Shown here: positions 56,337 through 64,000 of the stretch, piece by piece
How the letters are laid out: each line of letters opens with the position of its first letter
How positions within the stretch are numbered: the stretch's first letter is position 1
From: Terriglobales bacterium
GTDB lineage: Bacteria; Acidobacteriota; Terriglobia; Terriglobales; Acidobacteriaceae
Assembly: GCA_051984555.1 (NCBI GenBank)
Contig: JBPYEW010000225.1
Coordinates: 12,626-76,625, forward strand
Direction of reading: 5' to 3'
Length of the DNA: 64,000 bases
Notes under the pieces: model-generated
Databases searched by the model: none
The model's input: only the letters and a program-made list of their open reading frames with translations
What the model was told of the DNA's origin: nothing
Position numbers and translations under genes: made by a program

Positions 56337-56849
56337 ATGAGCAAACCACTAGTCTCGATTGTGATGGGTAGTGACTCGGATCTCGACATCATGCGAGAGG
56401 CGGGCAAGAGTCTCGAAGAACTTGGCATCGGTTACGAAATGGACGTCACCTCGGCGCACCGCTCGCCCGACCGTACCGCCGAGTACGCGAAGAACGCTGC
56501 CGGACGCGGTATCAAGGTGATCATCGCCGGGGCAGGAGGCGCAGCCCACTTAGCCGGCGTCATTGCCGCCCATACAACGTTGCCAGTGATAGGTGTTCCC
56601 ATTCCGTCGACGTCGCTCAACGGAATGGATTCTCTTCTGGCTACGGTGCAGATGCCCGCCGGAATCCCGGTGGCGACGGTTGCGATTGGTAAACCAGGCG
56701 CCACGAACGCCGGGATCCTGGCCGCCCAAATCATCGCTCTCTCCAGCGCCGGAGTCGCCAGGAAGCTGGATGGTCACAAGGAGAAGCTCGCTAACAGCGT
56801 CGAAGAAAAGTCCAAGAAGCTGCAAATTTCCCTCGGCAGTACGACATGA
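56337..56849 (+). CDS. purE: 5-(carboxyamino)imidazole ribonucleotide mutase
   Basis: VSIVMGSDSDL, SAHRSP and IIAGAGGAAHLAGV motifs. Confidence 0.95.
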   Translation: MSKPLVSIVMGSDSDLDIMREAGKSLEELGIGYEMDVTSAHRSPDRTAEYAKNAAGRGIKVIIAGAGGAAHLAGVIAAHTTLPVIGVPIPSTSLNGMDSLLATVQMPAGIPVATVAIGKPGATNAGILAAQIIALSSAGVARKLDGHKEKLANSVEEKSKKLQISLGSTT

Positions 56850-57352
56850 ACGATGGCATTCGGTTTGCTGAATTGCTGGATTACAACGCCGAAGAAAACG
56901 AACACTGGAAGAAGTGGTTCACCGAGCATACTGATGCTCTTGAGCTGCCTGTCGATATTGCGGAGGCGGGTAGCGTCCGAGGACTCATCGCTCACATTTT
57001 CTTTGTAGAGCAACACTTCGCGAACGCCGTTAATGATTCGCCCATCGACTTCCAGCAACTGAAGCAGCACATCGATAGCCTGGGCCACGCAGACGTAAAC
57101 GAGCTATTTAACATCAGTGAAGAAGCTACGGGAAAATTCCGTGCTTTTCTCGAGCGGGCGACGGACAAAGATTACGCAGAGGTTGTCGAGTTTGGCTCTC
57201 GCATGAAGCTGTCCGTGACGAAGCGCAAGTTGATTTCGCAGGCGCTGACCCACAGTCTTCGCCATTGGGCTCAATTAGCGACAGCGTTACGCCAGCAAGG
57301 ATTCAAGACAGATTGGGTTCACGATCTCTTGCTGAGCAAGGCGATGCAATAG
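56846..57352 (+). CDS. DinB-family (four-helix bundle) protein
   Basis: 168 aa with His-containing helices (AHIFFVEQHF, THSLRHWAQL) typical of the DinB/YfiT-like fold. It overlaps purE by 4 nt. Confidence 0.65.
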   Translation: MNDGIRFAELLDYNAEENEHWKKWFTEHTDALELPVDIAEAGSVRGLIAHIFFVEQHFANAVNDSPIDFQQLKQHIDSLGHADVNELFNISEEATGKFRAFLERATDKDYAEVVEFGSRMKLSVTKRKLISQALTHSLRHWAQLATALRQQGFKTDWVHDLLLSKAMQ

Positions 57353-57364
57353 AGGAGTGTTGAT

Positions 57365-58246
57365 CTAGAGTTTCAGGTCTTTCAGGTATTCGCGAAAGCT
57401 GTCACCCAGGTCGGGGCGCTTAAGTGCGAATTCGACCGTAGCCTTAAGGAATCCCAGCTTGTCTCCCGTGTCGTGCCGACGCCCTTCGAAAACGTAGGCG
57501 AAGATTCGCTCGTTCTTCAAGAGCTGCCGCATGCCATCGGTAAGTTGGAGCTCTCCTCCGCTTCCCATGCGTGTCTCGGTTAACGTCTCGAAGATTGCGG
57601 GCGTAAGGATATACCTGCCGATGATTGCTAGTTGGGATGGCGCTTCTTCGGGCTTCGGCTTTTCGACCATGTTCGTGATTTCAAAGACCCGCTCGCCGAA
57701 ACGCGTTTCGGCAGGTTTCACCTCGAGGACGCCATAGGAGGAAAGCGCCGAACGATCGACTACTTCCGTCGCGATCACGGAGCATTGTGTCTCATTGAAA
57801 ACCTGCATCATCTGCTTAAGGCAGGGCGTGGGTGCATCGACAACGTCGTCTGCGAGGAGAACCGCGAAGGGTTCGTTGCCCACGAGTTCGCGTGCCATCA
57901 ACACGGCATGTCCTAAGCCGAGCGCCTCTTTCTGGCGAACGTAGGCCACGTGGATCATGTCGGAAATCCTGCGCACAATGTCGAGCAGTTCCGTTTTGTT
58001 CTTGGATTGAAGCAGATGCTCGAGCTCGTAGCTGTGATCGAAGTGATCTTCGATTGCCGTCTTGCCGCGGCCCGTCACGATGATGATCTGGTCGCAACCC
58101 GCCGCAAGCGCCTCTTCGACGCCATACTGAATGATCGGTTTATCGACCAGCGGCAGCATTTCCTTTGGCTGAGCCTTTGTGGCGGGCAGAAACCGCGTGC
58201 CAAGACCTGCGGCCGGAAACACAGCTTTACGAACTTTCATGGCCAT
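57365..58246 (-). CDS. galU: UTP-glucose-1-phosphate uridylyltransferase
   Basis: AVFPAAGLGTRFLPATKAQPKEMLP N-terminal signature. 293 aa. Confidence 0.9.
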   Translation of the reverse strand: MAMKVRKAVFPAAGLGTRFLPATKAQPKEMLPLVDKPIIQYGVEEALAAGCDQIIIVTGRGKTAIEDHFDHSYELEHLLQSKNKTELLDIVRRISDMIHVAYVRQKEALGLGHAVLMARELVGNEPFAVLLADDVVDAPTPCLKQMMQVFNETQCSVIATEVVDRSALSSYGVLEVKPAETRFGERVFEITNMVEKPKPEEAPSQLAIIGRYILTPAIFETLTETRMGSGGELQLTDGMRQLLKNERIFAYVFEGRRHDTGDKLGFLKATVEFALKRPDLGDSFREYLKDLKL

Positions 58247-58334
58247 AGAGAATCGCAGTCTCCGTGCTCAGAACAGCGCATCATCCATACTCTCACAAAG
58301 TTTGCTTTCGGAGGTGAGGCCTCAGGGGCGAGAA

Positions 58335-61300
58335 TCACGCTGCCGGTGCGTTAGTAGGCACGCCAGCAAGATCCTCAAGCAAGGATCGCAACTGGTTCAG
58401 TACCTCGTCGGCCCGCATGGCTTTCGAAGTGAACTTCAGGATTCCCGCAGGCGTGAAATGGGCACCGCGCTGGCCCGCAACAAAGCGCGCCAAACGCTCG
58501 GGATCGATGCTGGCGTTCTCCCGAAAACGAATGCTGACCTGATCGCGTTTGCGCTCAATGGCGGTCACGCCAATTCGTAAGCACATCAGCTTCAGCACCG
58601 CGTATTCCAACAGATTGAGTACGGCCTGTGGCGGCTCTCCGTAGCGGTCCTGCAGTTCGGATCGAACGTCGGACAATTGCGATTCACCTTCTACGCCGGC
58701 GATGCGTTTGTACATGCGCAGCCGATGGTTCTCTTCCTTGATGTAGTCAGCAGGAATACGAATGTTCAAGCCCAGATTGAGCTGGATTTCTTCCGCCTCA
58801 GGAGCCGCTTCGCCCTTCAACTCCCGAACTGCATGGTCGAGCATGCTTGTGTAAAGTTCGAATCCCACCGCATCAATATGTCCGCTTTGCTCGCCCCCTA
58901 GAAGGTTCCCAGCGCCGCGCAGTTCGAGATCAAGGGCAGCAATCTTGAAACCTGCTCCGAGATCGGAAAATTCTTTCAAGGCAGCGAGCCGCCTGCGCGC
59001 AATCGCTGTCAATTCAATCTCGGGAGGGAGGAGCAGGTATGCGTAAGCACGACGGTTCGATCGTCCTACCCGGCCTCGCAACTGATAGAGCTCTGATAAG
59101 CCCAAGCGCTCCGCTCGATTGATGAGGATGGTATTGCAGAGAGGGATATCTAATCCATTCTCTATGATCGTCGTGGCGACTAAAATGTCCGCTTCGTGAT
59201 GCATAAATTTCAGCATCACCTTTTCAAGTTCGCCTTCGGCCATTTGCCCGTGGCCCACAATGACACGCGCGCGCGGTACTAGTTCTTGAAGTTTCGCGGC
59301 AATTTCCCAGATTGTCTCCACCCGGTTGTGGACGAAGTAAACCTGACCGCCACGGTCCAGTTCCTGCTCGATAGCAGACTGGATCAGCTTGTCGTCCCAA
59401 GCGGCGACAACCGTCTGAATCGCCATGCGATCTTTGGGTGGTGTCTCAATCACGCTCATATCTCGCAACCCGACCAACGACATATGCAGCGTCCGCGGTA
59501 TGGGAGTGGCTGACATCGTCAATACGTCCACTTGCTTCCGCATCTGCTTGATGCGTTCCTTGTGACGCACCCCAAAGCGTTGTTCTTCATCGACGATGAG
59601 CAATCCCAAGTCGGTGAATTTGATGTCTTTCGACAGAATGCGATGAGTTCCGATCAGGATGTCGATTTTTCCGGCTTCTGCTCTTTGCAGAATTTCTTTT
59701 TGTTCCTTCGGCGAGCGGAAACGGCTGATCATCTCGATGGCCATCGGAAACGCAGCGAACCTCTGTTTGAAGGTCTCATAGTGCTGAAAGGCAAGCACGG
59801 TTGTGGGGGCCAGTACGGCGACTTGCTTGTTGTCGCCCACCGCCTTGAAGGCCGCCCGCATGGCGACTTCGGTTTTGCCGTAACCCACATCGCCGCATAG
59901 CAATCGATCCATCGGTTGAGCCGATTGCATGTCCCGCTTCACGTCATCGATCGCCAACTGCTGGTCATCCGTTTCGCTGTACTCGAAAGCGTCTTCAAAT
60001 TCCTTTTGCCATTCCGAATCGGGAGGGAAGGCGTGTCCTTGAGCCATGTGACGTTCCGCGTAAAGCTTAAGCAGTTCGTCAGCCATGTCCTTCATGGCTT
60101 TGCGGACGCGCGCCTTGGTCTTGGCCCAGGTCGCGGTTCCGAGATGGCTGAGTACCGGCTTTGCCCCTTCGGCGGAGCGGTATTTCTGCACCAGATCGAG
60201 ACGGGTCAGGGGGACATAGAGCTTCGCTGCTTCAGCGAATTCCAGCAGCATGAATTCGATCGGACCGTCGCCTTGGTTGATCTCTTTCAACCCTTGATAC
60301 TGCGCAATTCCATGCTCTACGTGCACTACATAGTCGCCCACCTGGAGGTCACGGAAATCGGAGAGAAAGGTGGAAACCTTTGACTTCTGCCGTTGCGGCC
60401 GAGTGACTACGGCTTCCGACTCGTCGAACAGGTCGCGCGAGCCGAACACCGCGAGATTTCCTTCATTGAGCAGGACACCGTCCGGAACATAAGCCTTAGC
60501 CAAAGTGGTCGTGTATGCCTCGCCGGCAAAATATGCAGTCTCGTCGGCATAACTTTCGCCACCGCGAGTTCGGCTACCCAGTCGAAAGGGGACGTTGTAT
60601 TCGGTGAAGATATCGGCCAACCGTTCCAGTTCACCGAAGTTCGGCGCCGCAAAAAGCACGTGTTTGCCTTCGCGTGTGAGCTTCTGCACTTCCTCGAGCA
60701 TCGCAGGAACGGCCCCATGAAACCGCGGCGTAGGCTGAGTGGAGAAGGCGATTTCGGAGCCATGCAATGCCCGCGTAATACCGAGGTGCTCGATATCGGC
60801 ACCCGGCATCTCGCTCAATCGATGCTGAATTTCTTGAGGCGGGAAATACAGGTCGTCCGGACGAACCAGGTTTCCCACTCCGCTGCGCTCATGCATCTCA
60901 TTGATACGTTCCCAAACGCGATCAAACTCTCGCCTGACGTTCTCCGGTTCGTCCACTAAGACGCTGGCGCGGGGAAGGAGATCGATAATGCTGCGGTCTG
61001 CTCCGGCGACGGGGGCGTAGAACTCCCATCCCGGAAATACGGTGACACCGCCCGAGCGTACTGCCTCCTCCACCACCTCCTCAGGTCCCGTTATTCGCTT
61101 TCCTGACAATCGCGCATGGATAGCCCCGAGCAATTCCTCGGTCACTGGAGTTTCTGTCAAGGGCAACAGCAAAGACTCATCTACCGGAGTCGAGGAACGC
61201 TGTGTTCCTGGATCGAACTTGCGAATGGATTCGACCTCATCGCCGAAAAACTCGACTCGCACGGGCCGGTCGGCTTCGGGCGAGTACACGTCCAAGATTC

Positions 61301-61868
61301 CCCCGCGCAAAGCGTACTGGCCCGGCATCTCCACAACGTCGGTCGAGGAATATCCAACAGTGTTCAGGTGCTGCACCAGCGCATCGACATCAAGAGCTTC
61401 GGCACGACGAAGAGTTCGAGCTAATTCGGTGTAAAACTCGGGAGCTCGTAACCGCGTCGCGGCGGCCGTCACCGGTGCGACAACGATCGCCGCAGTTCCA
61501 CTTGCGATCTTCCACAATGCGGCAGCCCTTTGCTCTTGAATTTCCGGGTGTGGAGAGAGGTTCTGAAAAGGCAATACATCCCTAGCCGGTACGGAGACGA
61601 TCTCGTCGGGATCGACTTCACCCGTTAGCTCGGCGAACCCTTGGAGGACAGGAACCATCTCCTCTGCCGCGCGGTTATCACTCACAACGATGAGCAGAGG
61701 CGACCCAACCGAATGTTGCAGCAGGATGAAAAGCAGTGCTTTAGCCGTCGGAGTCAGCCCAGAAACACTAATGCGTCCCGTGCGCCCTTTGAGGTGGGAT
61801 GCTGCACGCGTAAATGCGGGAATCTTTTCCGCGTCCGCAAAAACATCGCGGACGAAAGGCAGGACCAT
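58335..61868 (-). CDS. mfd: Transcription-repair coupling factor
   Basis: 1177 aa. It has a UvrB-homology N-terminus, a CarD-like RID (GDYVVHVEHGI), helicase motifs LLCGDVGYGKTEVA and DEEQRFGV, and a TRCF C-terminal domain. Confidence 0.95.
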   Translation of the reverse strand: MVLPFVRDVFADAEKIPAFTRAASHLKGRTGRISVSGLTPTAKALLFILLQHSVGSPLLIVVSDNRAAEEMVPVLQGFAELTGEVDPDEIVSVPARDVLPFQNLSPHPEIQEQRAAALWKIASGTAAIVVAPVTAAATRLRAPEFYTELARTLRRAEALDVDALVQHLNTVGYSSTDVVEMPGQYALRGGILDVYSPEADRPVRVEFFGDEVESIRKFDPGTQRSSTPVDESLLLPLTETPVTEELLGAIHARLSGKRITGPEEVVEEAVRSGGVTVFPGWEFYAPVAGADRSIIDLLPRASVLVDEPENVRREFDRVWERINEMHERSGVGNLVRPDDLYFPPQEIQHRLSEMPGADIEHLGITRALHGSEIAFSTQPTPRFHGAVPAMLEEVQKLTREGKHVLFAAPNFGELERLADIFTEYNVPFRLGSRTRGGESYADETAYFAGEAYTTTLAKAYVPDGVLLNEGNLAVFGSRDLFDESEAVVTRPQRQKSKVSTFLSDFRDLQVGDYVVHVEHGIAQYQGLKEINQGDGPIEFMLLEFAEAAKLYVPLTRLDLVQKYRSAEGAKPVLSHLGTATWAKTKARVRKAMKDMADELLKLYAERHMAQGHAFPPDSEWQKEFEDAFEYSETDDQQLAIDDVKRDMQSAQPMDRLLCGDVGYGKTEVAMRAAFKAVGDNKQVAVLAPTTVLAFQHYETFKQRFAAFPMAIEMISRFRSPKEQKEILQRAEAGKIDILIGTHRILSKDIKFTDLGLLIVDEEQRFGVRHKERIKQMRKQVDVLTMSATPIPRTLHMSLVGLRDMSVIETPPKDRMAIQTVVAAWDDKLIQSAIEQELDRGGQVYFVHNRVETIWEIAAKLQELVPRARVIVGHGQMAEGELEKVMLKFMHHEADILVATTIIENGLDIPLCNTILINRAERLGLSELYQLRGRVGRSNRRAYAYLLLPPEIELTAIARRRLAALKEFSDLGAGFKIAALDLELRGAGNLLGGEQSGHIDAVGFELYTSMLDHAVRELKGEAAPEAEEIQLNLGLNIRIPADYIKEENHRLRMYKRIAGVEGESQLSDVRSELQDRYGEPPQAVLNLLEYAVLKLMCLRIGVTAIERKRDQVSIRFRENASIDPERLARFVAGQRGAHFTPAGILKFTSKAMRADEVLNQLRSLLEDLAGVPTNAPAA

Positions 61869-61939
61869 TGCCCTTTCATTCTACCAGTGAAAATGGATGC
61901 TTTACTTCGACGGGACAGTCAGGGCACACGTCAGCGACA

Positions 61940-61975
61940 AAAGCAAAGAAAAAGGCCGGCAGGTTCGCCGGCCTT
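61940..61975 (-). terminator. Rho-independent terminator after the gene at 62004-62564
   Basis: The minus strand reads AAGGCCGGC-GAACCU-GCCGGCCUU followed by UUUCUUUGCUUUU, beginning 28 nt after the stop codon. Confidence 0.65.
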
Positions 61976-62003
61976 CTCTGTCGTTTTGTGCTGAAGATTG
62001 AAG

Positions 62004-62564
62004 TTAGTGTTTCGGGTTCTCGTCGTTGCGCTCGTACGATTTCTCGTGGTTCATGAACGCGGAGGGATTCTCTTTGATTTCCTCGCGAACATTCTTGTGT
62101 TCCTTGAGCCAGTTTTCCAGCTCAGGGTGAGCGCTGACCCAAGCTTCGTCGTTGATCTTCGAGGGATCACGCTGCAGGTCTTTCGCAACGCCCGGATGCG
62201 AATCGAGGAAAGAATCGAATTCCTTCACATCCTTACGCATCTCTTTATTCTCGGAAGCTTCGGGGTTCTTCATGCGATCTTTGTCGCGATCGCGATCACG
62301 ATCGGCCGGATTTGCCTGCATATCGCGATCCTTATCCGGAGCTGGACGAACGCCGTTGTCCTGATCGGGCGCGGTCTGTGGAACAGCCGCCGGCTGCTGA
62401 GCATTGTCCCCAGGCATCGTCTGCGCCGGGGTTGCCGAAGGCGCATGTCGATCTTGATCTTGCTGTTGTGCCGAAGCACTGATTGCAGCGCCGCCTACCA
62501 TCAAAGCCGCGGAAAGCGAGGTCGCGATCAATCCTGCGCGCAAACGTGAAACCATGTTTTCCAT
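62004..62564 (-). CDS. Secreted, highly charged low-complexity protein
   Basis: I prefer ATG 62564 (MENMVSRL), 7 nt after AGGAGG. The signal-like segment is AGLIATSLSAALMVGGAAISASA. It contains a DRDRDRDKDR tract and a Lys/Glu-rich C-terminal half. Confidence 0.6.
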   Translation of the reverse strand: MENMVSRLRAGLIATSLSAALMVGGAAISASAQQQDQDRHAPSATPAQTMPGDNAQQPAAVPQTAPDQDNGVRPAPDKDRDMQANPADRDRDRDKDRMKNPEASENKEMRKDVKEFDSFLDSHPGVAKDLQRDPSKINDEAWVSAHPELENWLKEHKNVREEIKENPSAFMNHEKSYERNDENPKH

Positions 62565-62810
62565 CTCAAGCTCCTCCTGAAAGAGCATTTAAGTTATTTA
62601 TCCCTACCTTCGACGGAGCAACCGGAATGCCACTGGTGAGTAGCTGGTTCAATGCGGAATAACAGCAAGTTACGTGGGGAAATCGAGTGATCGAACAAAA
62701 CCCGCAAATGTCGTTTTTACCTCGGTTGATCCACCCAGTGTCTGACACGAATGTTGACTACAGGATCTTCCGCGAGGTTCTCAGGAAATGCAGGTAGACG
62801 ATGACGAAAC

Positions 62811-63710
62811 CTAGCTGCGCAGCAAAGGCCGAGTGAGGCAAGTCGGGCCGCCACTTCCATTGATGCACAGCTCGCTGCCCGGGAAGGTTCGCACATCGAA
62901 ACCGGCGTGCCCCAGCCGGTCGTTCGTCGTTCGATTTTCTTCCAAGGCAAGAAGTCGTCTGCGTCCAAGCGATAGTACGTTGCAGGCCAGTGTTTCCCGT
63001 TCCAACGGATCGATTTCAACGAATGCCAACCCACGCTCGACTAGCAACTGTACGGTAGGGACGCTTAACCACGGCAAGTCAACGAGAACGGTCTGATCGT
63101 CGAGCATGCTCATCAATGACATAAGGTGAAGGCATGCCGAAGCTCCGGGACCATGTGGGAGAGGAGCCGCGATCACCTCTATTCCATGAGGTTGGAGCAT
63201 AGACTGAATCTGCTGAATGCCGGCGCCATTGGTGCGATACCCGTGCCCAACAAGCAGCGTTCGCGAGTCAATCCAGACAATATCGCCCGCCTCGGCCTTT
63301 GCCGGAGGCGTGACTTCGCCCAGCACAGGGATACCCAATGCTTGACAGAAATCACGCTGATGCCTCGCCTCGGGCACCCGGTTCGGCTTACCGGGATTCA
63401 TCAGAATCAACCCGAAGTCTGTGGGGAGAGAAGCGTCATGCGCGTACACTGCGTCGAGCGTGAGAGCCGGGCTGGTGCCAAGTTGAACGATTTCAGCTCC
63501 GGCTGCTTCGAGTTGAGCACACATCGCGCCGTGCTGGACCTGTGCGACTTCGAAATTGGGCACATGCATAAACCCAAGATCGGGCCACAACGACACAAGT
63601 TCCGGACGAGACCAACCAGCACTCTTCGGCGAACACACCAACACGCGTTGTAATTCCCCTACCATGGAGTGGCCATTGAAATATGTTTGTCTCGTCATGA
63701 CTTGCGGCAT
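62811..63710 (-). CDS. Amidinotransferase-superfamily enzyme (dimethylarginine dimethylaminohydrolase / arginine deiminase-like)
   Basis: C-terminal nucleophile context INGSGGPTCLTRPL and internal HLMSLMSMLD. The start is uncertain: ATG 63710, 63698 or 63746. Confidence 0.75.
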   Translation of the reverse strand: MPQVMTRQTYFNGHSMVGELQRVLVCSPKSAGWSRPELVSLWPDLGFMHVPNFEVAQVQHGAMCAQLEAAGAEIVQLGTSPALTLDAVYAHDASLPTDFGLILMNPGKPNRVPEARHQRDFCQALGIPVLGEVTPPAKAEAGDIVWIDSRTLLVGHGYRTNGAGIQQIQSMLQPHGIEVIAAPLPHGPGASACLHLMSLMSMLDDQTVLVDLPWLSVPTVQLLVERGLAFVEIDPLERETLACNVLSLGRRRLLALEENRTTNDRLGHAGFDVRTFPGSELCINGSGGPTCLTRPLLRS

Positions 63711-63790
63711 GGCACGAAATCTAAACGCCACCGGGCTTAAAAGCAAGGTCAGCCGGGCAGGGCTTGCTCTGGGAAACTCTGGGTGAGAGC

Positions 63791-64000
63791 ATGGTGCGCA
63801 CTACTGGAGTAAACAATTTGATCACCGGCGCGCACGTAATCCTCTATTCAAAAAATCCGAGCGCCGACAGGGCGTTCTTTCGCGACATCCTGAAATTTCC
63901 TGCCGTGGATGCGGGACATGGGTGGCTGATTTTCGCCATGCCTCCAGCAGAGGCCGCGTTCCACGATTCAGAATCCAACGGAGCGCACGAGCTTTACTTT
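63791..64000 (+). CDS. Glyoxalase/VOC-family protein, N-terminal fragment (runs off the window)
   Basis: Own translation from ATG 63791 gives MVRTTGVNNLITGAHVILYSKNPSADRAFFRDILKFPAVDAGHGWLIFAMPPAEAAFHDSE..., which has a beta-alpha-beta-beta-beta module pattern typical of VOC proteins. Confidence 0.55.
   Translation, partial: MVRTTGVNNLITGAHVILYSKNPSADRAFFRDILKFPAVDAGHGWLIFAMPPAEAAFHDSESNGAHELYF

Noticed and set aside
62270-62320. Short GATCGC/GCGATC-rich repetitive DNA that could suggest a repeat array.
   Set aside because: It is the coding sequence of the DRDRDRDKDR low-complexity tract. There are no spacers or regular repeat units, and no CRISPR-like periodicity appears anywhere in the window.

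Overview
This is a 64-kb, almost fully coding chromosomal segment from a high-GC aerobic bacterium, with most genes on the minus strand. The gene content (alternative complex III fused to a caa3 oxidase operon, large DUF3857/transglutaminase/TPR proteins, many SDRs) suggests an Acidobacteria-like soil organism. That is inference only, since no database search was possible. In order, the window holds: a type III polyketide synthase with the start of an FAD oxidoreductase; two tandem paralogous secreted proteins; tRNA-Ser(UGA); periplasmic Cu/Zn superoxide dismutase; an assimilatory sulfur operon (sulfite reductase, siroheme synthesis, APS/PAPS reductase); a compact RiPP-like operon; an SDR/aminotransferase/P5C-reductase-like operon; a fused FAD/Fe-S dehydrogenase; a 12.5-kb respiratory operon (ACIII actABCDEF, SCO, caa3 oxidase II-I-III-IV); aldehyde dehydrogenase and amidase; a 1065-aa transglutaminase/TPR protein; an FAH-family hydrolase; two NRAMP-family transporters; hslVU; aconitase; purD and purE; galU; mfd; a DDAH-like enzyme; and a VOC-family fragment. 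I saw no rRNA, CRISPR array, transposase or integrase. Two loci stand out. (1) At 8813-12993 there is a RiPP-type cluster: a 58-aa precursor, a soluble Ser/His S26-like peptidase, an HPr-kinase-like kinase, a PqqD recognition protein, a radical SAM/SPASM enzyme and a divergent PF14907-like nucleotidyltransferase. It combines the tailoring genes of phosphorylated lasso peptides with radical-SAM chemistry and has no lasso cyclase. (2) At 8451-8651 there is a Cys-codon-rich leader ORF with terminator/antiterminator structures directly upstream of the sulfite reductase operon, which looks like a cysteine-sensing attenuator. Product calls rest on motifs I recognise in the supplied translations. Start codons were refined by eye where a Shine-Dalgarno sequence or domain boundary supported it.
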